From Patescibacteria group bacterium (lineage in GTDB: Bacteria; Patescibacteriota; Patescibacteriia; UBA10025; JAHIVO01), in assembly GCA_043808365.1 (NCBI GenBank), contig JAZDEZ010000007.1, forward strand, positions 73,637 through 137,636: a stretch of DNA of 64,000 nucleotides, given 5' to 3'. The notes beneath the pieces are model-generated. The model was given only the letters and a program-made list of their open reading frames with translations, did no database searches and was not told where the DNA came from. Positions 8,970-16,250 of the stretch are shown piece by piece (position 1 is the first letter of the stretch; every line of letters starts with the position of its first letter). A program made the translations under genes and the position numbers.

Positions 8970-9101
8970 CACGTGGAACATCCATTTCCTTTCTGGTCTG
9001 GTCTGGTGGACCTGGGGAGAATCTCTGCCAGAGGCAGACCTCGCCCTACCTTGATTAATTTTATTTATTGTGGCGGGGGAACTCCGATATATAGGTCACT
9101 T

Positions 9102-9138
9102 TGCATCGTGCCGGAATTGAACCGGCGATCTCTGTCGC
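9102..9138 (-). pseudogene. Orphan tRNA 3' fragment (T arm plus acceptor strand)
   Basis: The minus strand reads GCGACAGAGATC GCCGG TTCAATT CCGGC ACGATGC A. No matching 5' half was found. A further 20-nt tRNA 3'-end fragment with CCA lies at 9004-9023. Confidence 0.5.
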
Positions 9139-9148
9139 GTAATTTTTT

Positions 9149-9370
9149 TGGACCAAAGGGGAGTCGAACCCCTGACCTCTGCAATGCGAATGCAGCGCCC
9201 CGCCTGCCATCGCCAATGGACCTAGGGAGAATCGAACTCCCGTCTGAGCAATGCGAATGCCCTGTACTACCACTGTACGATAGGCCCAATGGCCATGGCG
9301 GGCAGGTAACCAATTCCGACGTTTCAGTCGGAATCCCGACCGCTTCGCGTCGGGACTGAGCTATTGGCCC
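9149..9370 (-). other. Interrupted tRNA-Ala(CGC) gene: 5' piece 9355-9370 (plus TGGTTA at 9307-9312) and 3' piece 9149-9198, split in the D-loop
   Basis: The outer pieces GGGCCAA TA GCTC AGT..TGGTTA and (GG)GC G CTGCA TTCGCAT TGCAG AGGTC AGGGG TTCGACT CCCCT TTGGTCC A give 7/7 acceptor pairs including G3:U70. The interruption consists of two small hairpins (9313-9354) plus cassette 9199-9306. Confidence 0.6.
9217..9287 (-). tRNA. tRNA-Ala (anticodon CGC), no encoded CCA, nested inside the interrupted tRNA-Ala
   Basis: GGGCCTA TC GTAC AGTGGTA GTAC A GGGCA TTCGCAT TGCTC AGAC GGGAG TTCGATT CTCCC TAGGTCC A. G3:U70 is present. It is flanked by ATGGCCA/TGGCGAT adaptors and the 10-mers at 9199-9208 and 9297-9306. 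Confidence 0.8.
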
Positions 9371-9448
9371 TTATGGAAAGGTGCGGGACGAATGCTCTAT
9401 AGCTTACTGTACTATAGGCTCGGATATTATGATATTTATACTAGGCTT

Positions 9449-9629
9449 TGCCCTCGAGAGGAATCGAACCTCTATCTATCCCTTAGGACGGGATTGTTCT
9501 ACCCGCCTGCCATTACCATTGCCCCCACCAGGAATTGAACCTGGATCTAAGGCTTAGGAGTCCTTTGTTCTATCCGTTGAACTATAGGGGCATGGGCAAC
9601 GGCGGGCAGGTCCATTGAACTATGAGGGC
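9449..9629 (-). other. Interrupted tRNA-Arg(CCU) gene: 5' piece 9611-9629 and 3' piece 9449-9501, split in the D-loop by a 109-bp cassette
   Basis: The joined pieces give GCCCTCA TA GTTC AATGGA|TA GAAC A ATCCC GTCCTAA GGGAT AGAT AGAGG TTCGATT CCTCT CGAGGGC A (72 nt, 6/7 acceptor pairs). The unusual G32 could indicate decay. Confidence 0.6.
9520..9591 (-). tRNA. tRNA-Arg (anticodon CCU), no encoded CCA, nested inside the interrupted tRNA-Arg
   Basis: GCCCCTA TA GTTC AACGGATA GAAC A AAGGA CTCCTAA GCCTT AGAT CCAGG TTCAATT CCTGG TGGGGGC A. There is one A31-G39 mismatch. It is flanked by the 10-mers at 9502-9511 and 9601-9610. Confidence 0.75.
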
Positions 9630-9895
9630 ATAATATCCATTGCCCGCCAGAGGCGGGTCCGCCTTGGGCAGAAACTATAGAGGCATCGACAAGGGCGGAT
9701 TAGTCCATTATCAGCCAAAGGCATGTCCCCGCCCACCTGCTATCCTGCCCGACATGCCGTCATGGCAGGCGGGCGCAGGCTACAGGCGCGGCGCCTTCGG
9801 CGAAAAGTATAAGGGATTGTAATATCCACAACAGCGTAGAGTTGGGGCTCCGACTAAAGCGTCGGGATTGCCATGCCCATATCCACGTGTATTTA

Positions 9896-9995
9896 AAGAA
9901 TGTTCCACGTGGAACGTATATATTTACGTTCCGTGGAACAATTTAACTATTCAATTGCTATTATTGATCAATTTGGCAATAGCGGACAGATACAT
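9896..9995. repeat. Degenerate second copy of the palindrome-cargo element at the right edge of the tRNA island
   Basis: It contains GTTCCACGTGGAAC (9902-9915), GTTCC-GTGGAAC (9927-9939), TTGATCAA (9964-9971) and a decayed terminus AGCGGACAG. It aligns with 8899-8969. Confidence 0.6.
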
Positions 9996-10009
9996 TGAAC
10001 ATTCTATAC

Positions 10010-10288
10010 TTATCGAATTACAAGGGAGGTGACTTTCTCTGCTAAATACTGGATATTATTGGTTTTTTTATCAACAAAATAGAGTCCAATGATGATTAGG
10101 AGTAGGAACGAAACTAATACTATTACTCTATTCAGGTCTTTTCTGACATATTTATGCTGTAATAAATCGATTGAATCGACATTAATTGCGATGGGAGCCA
10201 CTTGTGATCCTGGGCTTGCAGGCGAACTTGGCTGAGTCAAATGCTCCATCCCTTGGAAGAATTTACGTTTTCTTTTATCTTTTGACAT
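10010..10288 (-). CDS. Small membrane-anchored hypothetical protein
   Basis: 92-aa ORF with a single hydrophobic segment, VIVLVSFLLLIIIGLYFV. Confidence 0.5.
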   Translation of the reverse strand: MSKDKRKRKFFQGMEHLTQPSSPASPGSQVAPIAINVDSIDLLQHKYVRKDLNRVIVLVSFLLLIIIGLYFVDKKTNNIQYLAEKVTSLVIR

Positions 10289-10409
10289 ATCTACCTTATT
10301 AATAATCAGTAAATAGAGTTTATACTATTTTTTTTAAAAATACAATTATTGACTAATCTTGAAATAAAGCTTAAAATTACCGCACAATTTTACTATTAAC
10401 TTCAAGTCT

Positions 10410-10802
10410 ATGGCGTTATTTAATTCAGGAGATGATATCCAAAATAAGGAGATAGAAACAATTATCGGGCCGTCCGTAAAAGTCGAGGGGAATTTTAAAG
10501 GTGACGGGAACGTTACTGTTGAAGGCGTTGTCCAAGGAAGCCTTAAAACAAACCATACTTTAAAAATTGGCAATAGCGCGAGGGTAAAAGCAGAAGTTGA
10601 AGCGGCAAACCTTTTATTGTCCGGCGAAATCCGCGGAAATGTAAAAATTTCAGAAAAAGCGACGCTTTTGCGATCAGCGAAAATATTCGGCAATTTGGAT
10701 ACTAAAATCCTCAGCGTGGAAGAAGGAGCGATCATTAACGGCAAATGCACGATGGTAAAGGATGAAATCACGGTGAATCCAGAAATAAAAAAAATTAAAT
10801 AA
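10410..10802 (+). CDS. Bactofilin-family cytoskeletal protein
   Basis: 130 aa. Repetitive beta-helix pattern VKVEGNFKGDGNVTVEGVVQGSLKTNHTLKIGNSARVKAEVEAANLLLSGEIRGNV..IFGNL is typical of DUF583/bactofilin. Confidence 0.8.
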   Translation: MALFNSGDDIQNKEIETIIGPSVKVEGNFKGDGNVTVEGVVQGSLKTNHTLKIGNSARVKAEVEAANLLLSGEIRGNVKISEKATLLRSAKIFGNLDTKILSVEEGAIINGKCTMVKDEITVNPEIKKIK

Positions 10803-10818
10803 AAAATTCGGAAGGTAA

Positions 10819-11592
10819 ATGTACTATTATATTTACGACTCATTTTTATCTGACCAAAAGTATTCAACGGCACTCGAACATGTTGAATCACGTTTGATGT
10901 CTCTAGGCATAAACGGGCGCATTGAAAAAATGACCTTGCTAAAAAGCTTTCGAGAAATTGTTACAGACGCAATAAAAAAAGGCGCGACCACCATAATCGC
11001 GGTCGGCAATGATGAAACGGTCAGTAAAATAGTCAATTTTTTGCCTAACCTTAGCATAACTTTAGGCATTATTCCATTCGGGAACAATAACGCGATTGCC
11101 GCTTCCTTAGGCATCCCTGCTGGGGATAAGGCATGCGACGTCTTGTCATCGCGCATAATTGAGCATATCGACGTTGGCAAGGCAAACGACTGTTATTTTA
11201 TTTCATCATTGAGCGTTCCTGCCCAAAAAGAAGTGGTTTTTGATTGGGGAGCGTACCAGGTTCGGCCGATTGATGAACAGAATCAAATTACAATTTGCAA
11301 TTTCAGTACCAGTACCGATCTTTACAATAATATTATGCGTAAAAGCTGCAACCCTCATGACGGAATTTTGGAAGCGGTATTCAAACCCCCTAAAAAGCAT
11401 AGATGGTTTTCATTTTCTAAAAAACAATATTCATCGGCCAGCGTGTTTCCATTTACAAAAATAAAAATAAAATGTTCCGCGGAATGCTTGCCCATCATAG
11501 CCGACGGCCAAACCACTATCAAAACCCCAGTCACCGTTGAAGTTATCCCCAAAAAGCTAAAACTGATCGTTGGGAAAAACCGCATGTTTTAA
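10819..11592 (+). CDS. Diacylglycerol/lipid kinase catalytic-domain family protein (YegS/BmrU-like)
   Basis: 257 aa. ATTIIAVGNDETVSKIVNFL and GIIPFGNNNAIAASLGIP resemble DAGK_cat motifs, with GGDGT degenerated to GNDET. Confidence 0.55.
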   Translation: MYYYIYDSFLSDQKYSTALEHVESRLMSLGINGRIEKMTLLKSFREIVTDAIKKGATTIIAVGNDETVSKIVNFLPNLSITLGIIPFGNNNAIAASLGIPAGDKACDVLSSRIIEHIDVGKANDCYFISSLSVPAQKEVVFDWGAYQVRPIDEQNQITICNFSTSTDLYNNIMRKSCNPHDGILEAVFKPPKKHRWFSFSKKQYSSASVFPFTKIKIKCSAECLPIIADGQTTIKTPVTVEVIPKKLKLIVGKNRMF

Positions 11593-11711
11593 AAACTTTT
11601 TTTAATCAAGAAATGATTAAAAAAAACGGTCAGTCAATTGATCGTTTTTTCATCGCCTGCATGGACAAAATGCCCTAAAAACGGTAATATATACGGCATA
11701 ACAAACGCCCT

Positions 11712-13775
11712 ATGAATGTCACTGAACTGGCCAGAAAACTCAACATCCCGACTAATGAGCTGAAAGTATTATTACCCAAGCTGGGATTTGATATTGGCCG
11801 AAAAGCGATAAAAGTGAACGACAATATCGCCGAACGGATTATGAAAAGGTTCCAAACTGAATCTAAGCTGATCGAGGAACTGAGGCGGCCCAAGCAGGAA
11901 ATTGTAGATACGCCTGCGGTCAGCATGACGAATCAAACGATAACCATCCCCCCGGTAATTACTGTCCGTGATTTCGCGGACTTAATCGGCAAACCAGTAT
12001 CAATCGTGATGCAAGAACTCATGAAAAACGGAATCCTGGTAAACTTGAATGAAAATATTGATTATGATACCGCAAATATTATTGCGCAAGATTTTGGGTT
12101 CAGTACAACAATAAAAGTAGAAAAAAGTAATGAAGAAACCCTAAGTGATGGCCTGGATACCTTACTGCTTGATGATGAAAAAAACCTCGTTAATCGACCG
12201 CCCGTAGTGATAGTCATGGGCCATGTCGACCATGGAAAAACACAGTTATTAGATACAATCCGAAAAACTAATGTAATAGCCGGTGAGGCAGGAGGCATTA
12301 CTCAGCATATCGGCGCCTACCAAGTGATGGTTCCGACGAAGGAGGTACCATCATCCCGACCTCGTATTGACGAGGGAGGGGTTCCTCGCAGTGCTCGGGA
12401 TGATCACGCTGGTCGCGCGATCACATTCATCGATACTCCTGGACATGAGGCATTTATGACCATGCGTTCCCGCGGGGCCAGGGTAGCTGACATTGCCATC
12501 GTGGTGATTGCGGCAGACGACGGGATAAAGCCACAAACAGAAGAAGTGTTCCAAATAATTGATAACGCCAAACTGCCATATATCGTGGCTATCAATAAGA
12601 TTGACAAGTCAGACGCACAACTGGAAAAAGTAAAACAACAATTAGCCAATGCCAATCGCCTGCCCGAAGATTGGGGCGGCAAAGTGATCTGCGTGCCAGT
12701 GTCAGCAAAAACAGGGCAGGGCATCGATGACTTGCTTGAACACCTGCTGCTTTTGGCAGAGGTGGAGAAAGACCGCATCCAAGCCAACCCAAGCAGGCCG
12801 GCTATCGGCACGATCATCGAATCGCATGTCGACAAAGGCGAGGGCATCATCGCCACGGCCATCATACTCACCGGCACCCTCCACACCACTGACGTCGTGC
12901 AGGTCGGTCAGGTGGTCGGTAAAATCCGATTATTAAAAGACGATCGAGGAAAACCGATAAAAGAAGCGGGTCCGTCCACCCCCGTACGACTGCAAGGATT
13001 GAAAAATTTGCCAGAAGTAGGCGATATACTGCAGGCAATCCGTAATCCGGAATCGCTTAAAAAAATCATGAAACAAATGGATTCGCGCCAAAAGACGTAC
13101 CGCGACCAACAGAGCTGGCGCATGGTCAAGACAAAATCCGAACAGGAGAGAAAGGACGAAAAAGTCGTTGACATCATCCTTAAAACTGACGTCCTTGGTT
13201 CCCAAGAGGCGATCGTGCAAGCCCTGGAGGCGCTCAGCACTCCGAAAATAAAAGTAAACGTAGTCAAAAAAGGCCTCGGCAATATCATGGACATGGACGT
13301 CCTGCGGGCAGAGGGGACGGAGCTGCATATTTACGGATTCAATGTCGACGCAAACGCGCGGGCCGCCGACCTGGCCAGGGACAAAGGCATAATCATCAAG
13401 ACTTACCGCATCATCTACGACCTCCTGAATGACGTAAAAAAAGAGGTGGAAAAAATGGTCGGGTACAAGAAAGAAATCGTGGAATTGGGCCGAGTGAAAA
13501 TCCTAGCAATATTCCGTTCGGAAAAAGGCCAGATGATAATCGGCGGGCAGGTGACAAAAGGAAAAATTGAGACTGGGGGCAAATGCCGAGTCATGCGCGC
13601 CGAGGGGGAAATCGGTAGCGGCCTGCTCACGCAATTACAGCAGGCCAAGCAGCCGGTCAGCAGCGTCCCGTCCGGATCCGAATGCGGCATGGAAATAAAA
13701 ACAAGCCAGATTCTTCAGGTCGGTGATTTCCTGGAAACATACCGCGAAGAAATGACTAAAGATACAAGCGCCTAA
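11712..13775 (+). CDS. infB: Translation initiation factor IF-2
   Basis: 687 aa. G domain VVIVMGHVDHGKTQLLD, GGITQHIGAY, DTPGHEAF, NKID. The C-terminal domains are collinear with bacterial IF-2. It carries a ~25-aa insertion between G2 and G3 (see findings). Confidence 0.95.
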   Translation: MNVTELARKLNIPTNELKVLLPKLGFDIGRKAIKVNDNIAERIMKRFQTESKLIEELRRPKQEIVDTPAVSMTNQTITIPPVITVRDFADLIGKPVSIVMQELMKNGILVNLNENIDYDTANIIAQDFGFSTTIKVEKSNEETLSDGLDTLLLDDEKNLVNRPPVVIVMGHVDHGKTQLLDTIRKTNVIAGEAGGITQHIGAYQVMVPTKEVPSSRPRIDEGGVPRSARDDHAGRAITFIDTPGHEAFMTMRSRGARVADIAIVVIAADDGIKPQTEEVFQIIDNAKLPYIVAINKIDKSDAQLEKVKQQLANANRLPEDWGGKVICVPVSAKTGQGIDDLLEHLLLLAEVEKDRIQANPSRPAIGTIIESHVDKGEGIIATAIILTGTLHTTDVVQVGQVVGKIRLLKDDRGKPIKEAGPSTPVRLQGLKNLPEVGDILQAIRNPESLKKIMKQMDSRQKTYRDQQSWRMVKTKSEQERKDEKVVDIILKTDVLGSQEAIVQALEALSTPKIKVNVVKKGLGNIMDMDVLRAEGTELHIYGFNVDANARAADLARDKGIIIKTYRIIYDLLNDVKKEVEKMVGYKKEIVELGRVKILAIFRSEKGQMIIGGQVTKGKIETGGKCRVMRAEGEIGSGLLTQLQQAKQPVSSVPSGSECGMEIKTSQILQVGDFLETYREEMTKDTSA

Positions 13776-13786
13776 AAATAATCCCG

Positions 13787-14131
13787 GTGTCTACCTTCCG
13801 CATCCAACAGCTTAACAAGCTCATTCTCCAACTGTTGAATGAGCATATCCTGCGGGATATCAATATGCCGGACGGATGCTTTGTCACAATCACAAAAGTG
13901 GATACTACGCGGGACCTGTCACTGGCCCGTGTCACCATTAGTGTTATTCCGACGGGCAGACAGGATTCTATTCTGGCGTACATGAACAGGCAGGCCGGCT
14001 ATTCCCAACACGCGATTGGGGGTAAATTAAAAGTGTATAAGGTGCCGAAGCTGATGTTCTATCTGGATACGGGCGGCTCCCATGTAGAGCGCGTAGACGA
14101 GCTTATTGACAAAATCCATAACGAGAAGTAA
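13787..14131 (+). CDS. rbfA: Ribosome-binding factor A
   Basis: 114 aa, GTG start, located directly after infB. Motifs ARVTISV and KVPKLMFYLD are typical of RbfA. Confidence 0.85.
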   Translation: MSTFRIQQLNKLILQLLNEHILRDINMPDGCFVTITKVDTTRDLSLARVTISVIPTGRQDSILAYMNRQAGYSQHAIGGKLKVYKVPKLMFYLDTGGSHVERVDELIDKIHNEK

Positions 14132-14185
14132 GATGGGTGGTTGGTAAAATTTCACTTTAACCAGCCTGAAAAAAGGCATTGTATC

Positions 14186-15157
14186 ATGAACGAACTCCAC
14201 CCAATCTTCAATAAAATCCAGGAGGAAATCACCAAGGCTGCCTCCATCCTGGTTATCAGCCACCAGAATCCTGACGGGGATGCCGTCGGCTCACTCATGG
14301 GCATCAGCCATTATCTCCAGTACCGGCAAAAAGTCCACGTGCTTTTTTGCTTGACGGGCGTTCCTGAATACCTGCAATTCATAAAAGGCACTGAAAAAAT
14401 CCAAACCGAGGAACTGATCCTCAAAAAAAAGGAATACGACCTGGTCATCCTGCTTGACTCAGGTGATTTGAAATATGCTGGCGTGGCCGAACATTTCCGC
14501 ACGCTCAAAGGCATGCCGGTGGTCATCAACATCGACCATCATCCCACCAACCAGCGCTATGGGCATATCAACCTTGTCCACCCGGCCGCATCTTCTACCG
14601 CGGAAATAATTTACCATTTTATTGATTATCACCGCGTACCATTCAATAAAGAAGTGGCGACCGCCCTGCTGACTGGCATCATGACGGACACCGGCAACTT
14701 CACCAACATGGCCACGACGCCGTTATCCATGGAAGCGTCGTCCCGCCTCATGGCCCATGGCGCGCGCGTAAAAGATATCAATGCCAATACCATGCGCAAT
14801 AAATCGTTAAACCAGCTCCAGCTCTGGGGACGGGCGCTGTCCCGCCTGAAGCTCAATGCGCAGACCGGCATCGTCACCACCGTCCTGACCCAGAAGGATT
14901 TCAAGGAACTCCAGATGGATGAGGACTCAAGCGAAGGGATTTCAAATTTCCTAAATTCTGTCGGCGAAGCAAAAGCAATCATCGTCTTACGGGAAAAATC
15001 CGACGGCACGATCAAGGCCAGTCTCCGCACCACCCAGCCCAGCGTAGACGTGTCCAAGATCGCCAAATATTTCGGCGGCGGCGGGCACAAGAAAGCGGCC
15101 GGCTTCACCATCAAAGGCACCCTAACCGAAACCGACGACGGCTGGCGGGTGGTTTGA
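14186..15157 (+). CDS. nrnA: DHH/DHHA1 phosphoesterase (NrnA-like oligoribonuclease/pAp phosphatase)
   Basis: Motifs ISHQNPDGDAVGS, LLDSGD, NIDHHPTN and GGGGHKKAAGF. The start was chosen at MNELHPIF; the ORF-track start at 14141 is an alternative. Confidence 0.8.
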   Translation: MNELHPIFNKIQEEITKAASILVISHQNPDGDAVGSLMGISHYLQYRQKVHVLFCLTGVPEYLQFIKGTEKIQTEELILKKKEYDLVILLDSGDLKYAGVAEHFRTLKGMPVVINIDHHPTNQRYGHINLVHPAASSTAEIIYHFIDYHRVPFNKEVATALLTGIMTDTGNFTNMATTPLSMEASSRLMAHGARVKDINANTMRNKSLNQLQLWGRALSRLKLNAQTGIVTTVLTQKDFKELQMDEDSSEGISNFLNSVGEAKAIIVLREKSDGTIKASLRTTQPSVDVSKIAKYFGGGGHKKAAGFTIKGTLTETDDGWRVV

Positions 15158-15336
15158 TTGAACCGGACTGAAGTCCATTTGAATCACTTAAAAGCGTCAG
15201 GAAAACTGTCCACCAACTGCCGCCCATTGCGGAGTAAGCTCCAGAAAATTACCGCCTGTCCCCTTGACAACAGATTAAAAAAACAATAGCATTGCTTTAA
15301 TTGCATTTATAATGTTCTTTGATAAAGGAGTATGAA

Positions 15337-16005
15337 ATGGGCCTTTGGCCTTGGAAAAAAAAGAATAAACCAGAACCGGAACTGGAACCGGAAAAAAGCC
15401 TGCCTGAGCTCATAAATGAGTATAAAACGCAAATCGGGCTGCTCAGCCTGCTTAACGCCGGCAAAACCAAGCCCTTGCCTGATCATTTTTACGACCGTTT
15501 CAAAAAAATTGAGCAGCAGATAATCGCCCATCTGCCGGATAAGTTCCAGCAAGAGGTCTTCCAAATACTGGCCAGGCATAAATTCGACATCACTGAATTT
15601 CTGAGAGACGAGGACTGGCAAACTTCATTTAAAATAATAGCGCGAAAAACCACGCATTATCTGCATTACGGCGCTCCTTATCCGGAAAAACCCGAATGGC
15701 CTCCCTTGCCCTGTCCAGGCAACGAATTTTATTACTGGATGATCCAGCAGTCAAAATCAGATGACCCGTCAAAGCGCGTGGAAAACATTCTGGTTGCCCT
15801 AGAGGTAATGTTTGGCAAAGGTGAAATTCTTGGCCATTCTCTCGGCAAATCAGAACTGGGATATATTAACATGTGCTGTCTGGCCATAATCGGAGGCGAA
15901 TGGCGCAAGCATTCCGCGGTATTGATCGACATTTATTGCGAGCTGGACCAAGGCGATGAATTTCTAAAAACGCTTCTGGGACTTCCCAATGCCCCTGCTG
16001 AATGA
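15337..16005 (+). CDS. Hypothetical protein
   Basis: ORF with AAAGGAG RBS before the ATG at 15337 (the track start at 15319 is a TTG). No recognisable domain. Confidence 0.55.
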   Translation: MGLWPWKKKNKPEPELEPEKSLPELINEYKTQIGLLSLLNAGKTKPLPDHFYDRFKKIEQQIIAHLPDKFQQEVFQILARHKFDITEFLRDEDWQTSFKIIARKTTHYLHYGAPYPEKPEWPPLPCPGNEFYYWMIQQSKSDDPSKRVENILVALEVMFGKGEILGHSLGKSELGYINMCCLAIIGGEWRKHSAVLIDIYCELDQGDEFLKTLLGLPNAPAE

Positions 16006-16215
16006 ACTACCTCGCAGTAAACTGACGAGGTATCGTCAGCCAAGAGATATGTTCATTCTCCGTAGCTAGCTATCCTCCTTCGCTTGCGCTTCGGAGGATT
16101 CTCCTCATTTGTTTCCCCGCAGTCCAGCCTTCGTAGCCGAAGCTACTTCGGCGGAGTAGGCCAAGCTGCGGAGTATTAATGCGGAGGAGAATAAAAAATT
16201 CAGCAAAGATCAACC

Positions 16216-16249
16216 AACTCCACTCTGATTTCTCGGGTGGAGTCTTTTT
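16216..16249 (+). terminator. Intrinsic terminator
   Basis: AACTCCAC-N13-GTGGAGT followed by a T-run. It directly abuts the repeat at 16251. Confidence 0.7.
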
Positions 16250-16250
16250 A

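Noticed and set aside
9199-9610. The interruptions of the outer tRNAs could be group I introns, as known for some bacterial tRNA genes.
   Set aside because: Known bacterial tRNA group I introns sit in the anticodon loop and are at least ~200 nt with conserved P3-P8 cores. These inserts sit in the D loop, are 108-109 nt, and are almost entirely accounted for by a complete tRNA plus short pairing flanks.
8690-9780. Recurring GC-rich 10-mers at intervals of about 100 bp looked superficially like a CRISPR array.
   Set aside because: The repeats occur as inverted (pairing) partners rather than direct repeats. Their spacing is irregular, the apparent spacers are tRNA genes or tRNA fragments, and no cas genes are present.
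8934-9822. ORF-track entries inside the tRNA island (8934-9359, 9061-9313 and 9640-9822).
   Set aside because: They overlap tRNA genes and repeat hairpins, lack an RBS, and their sequence is explained by GC-rich repeats. Notably, the PRPPA peptide of 9640-9822 mirrors the repeat-derived segment in rpsP.
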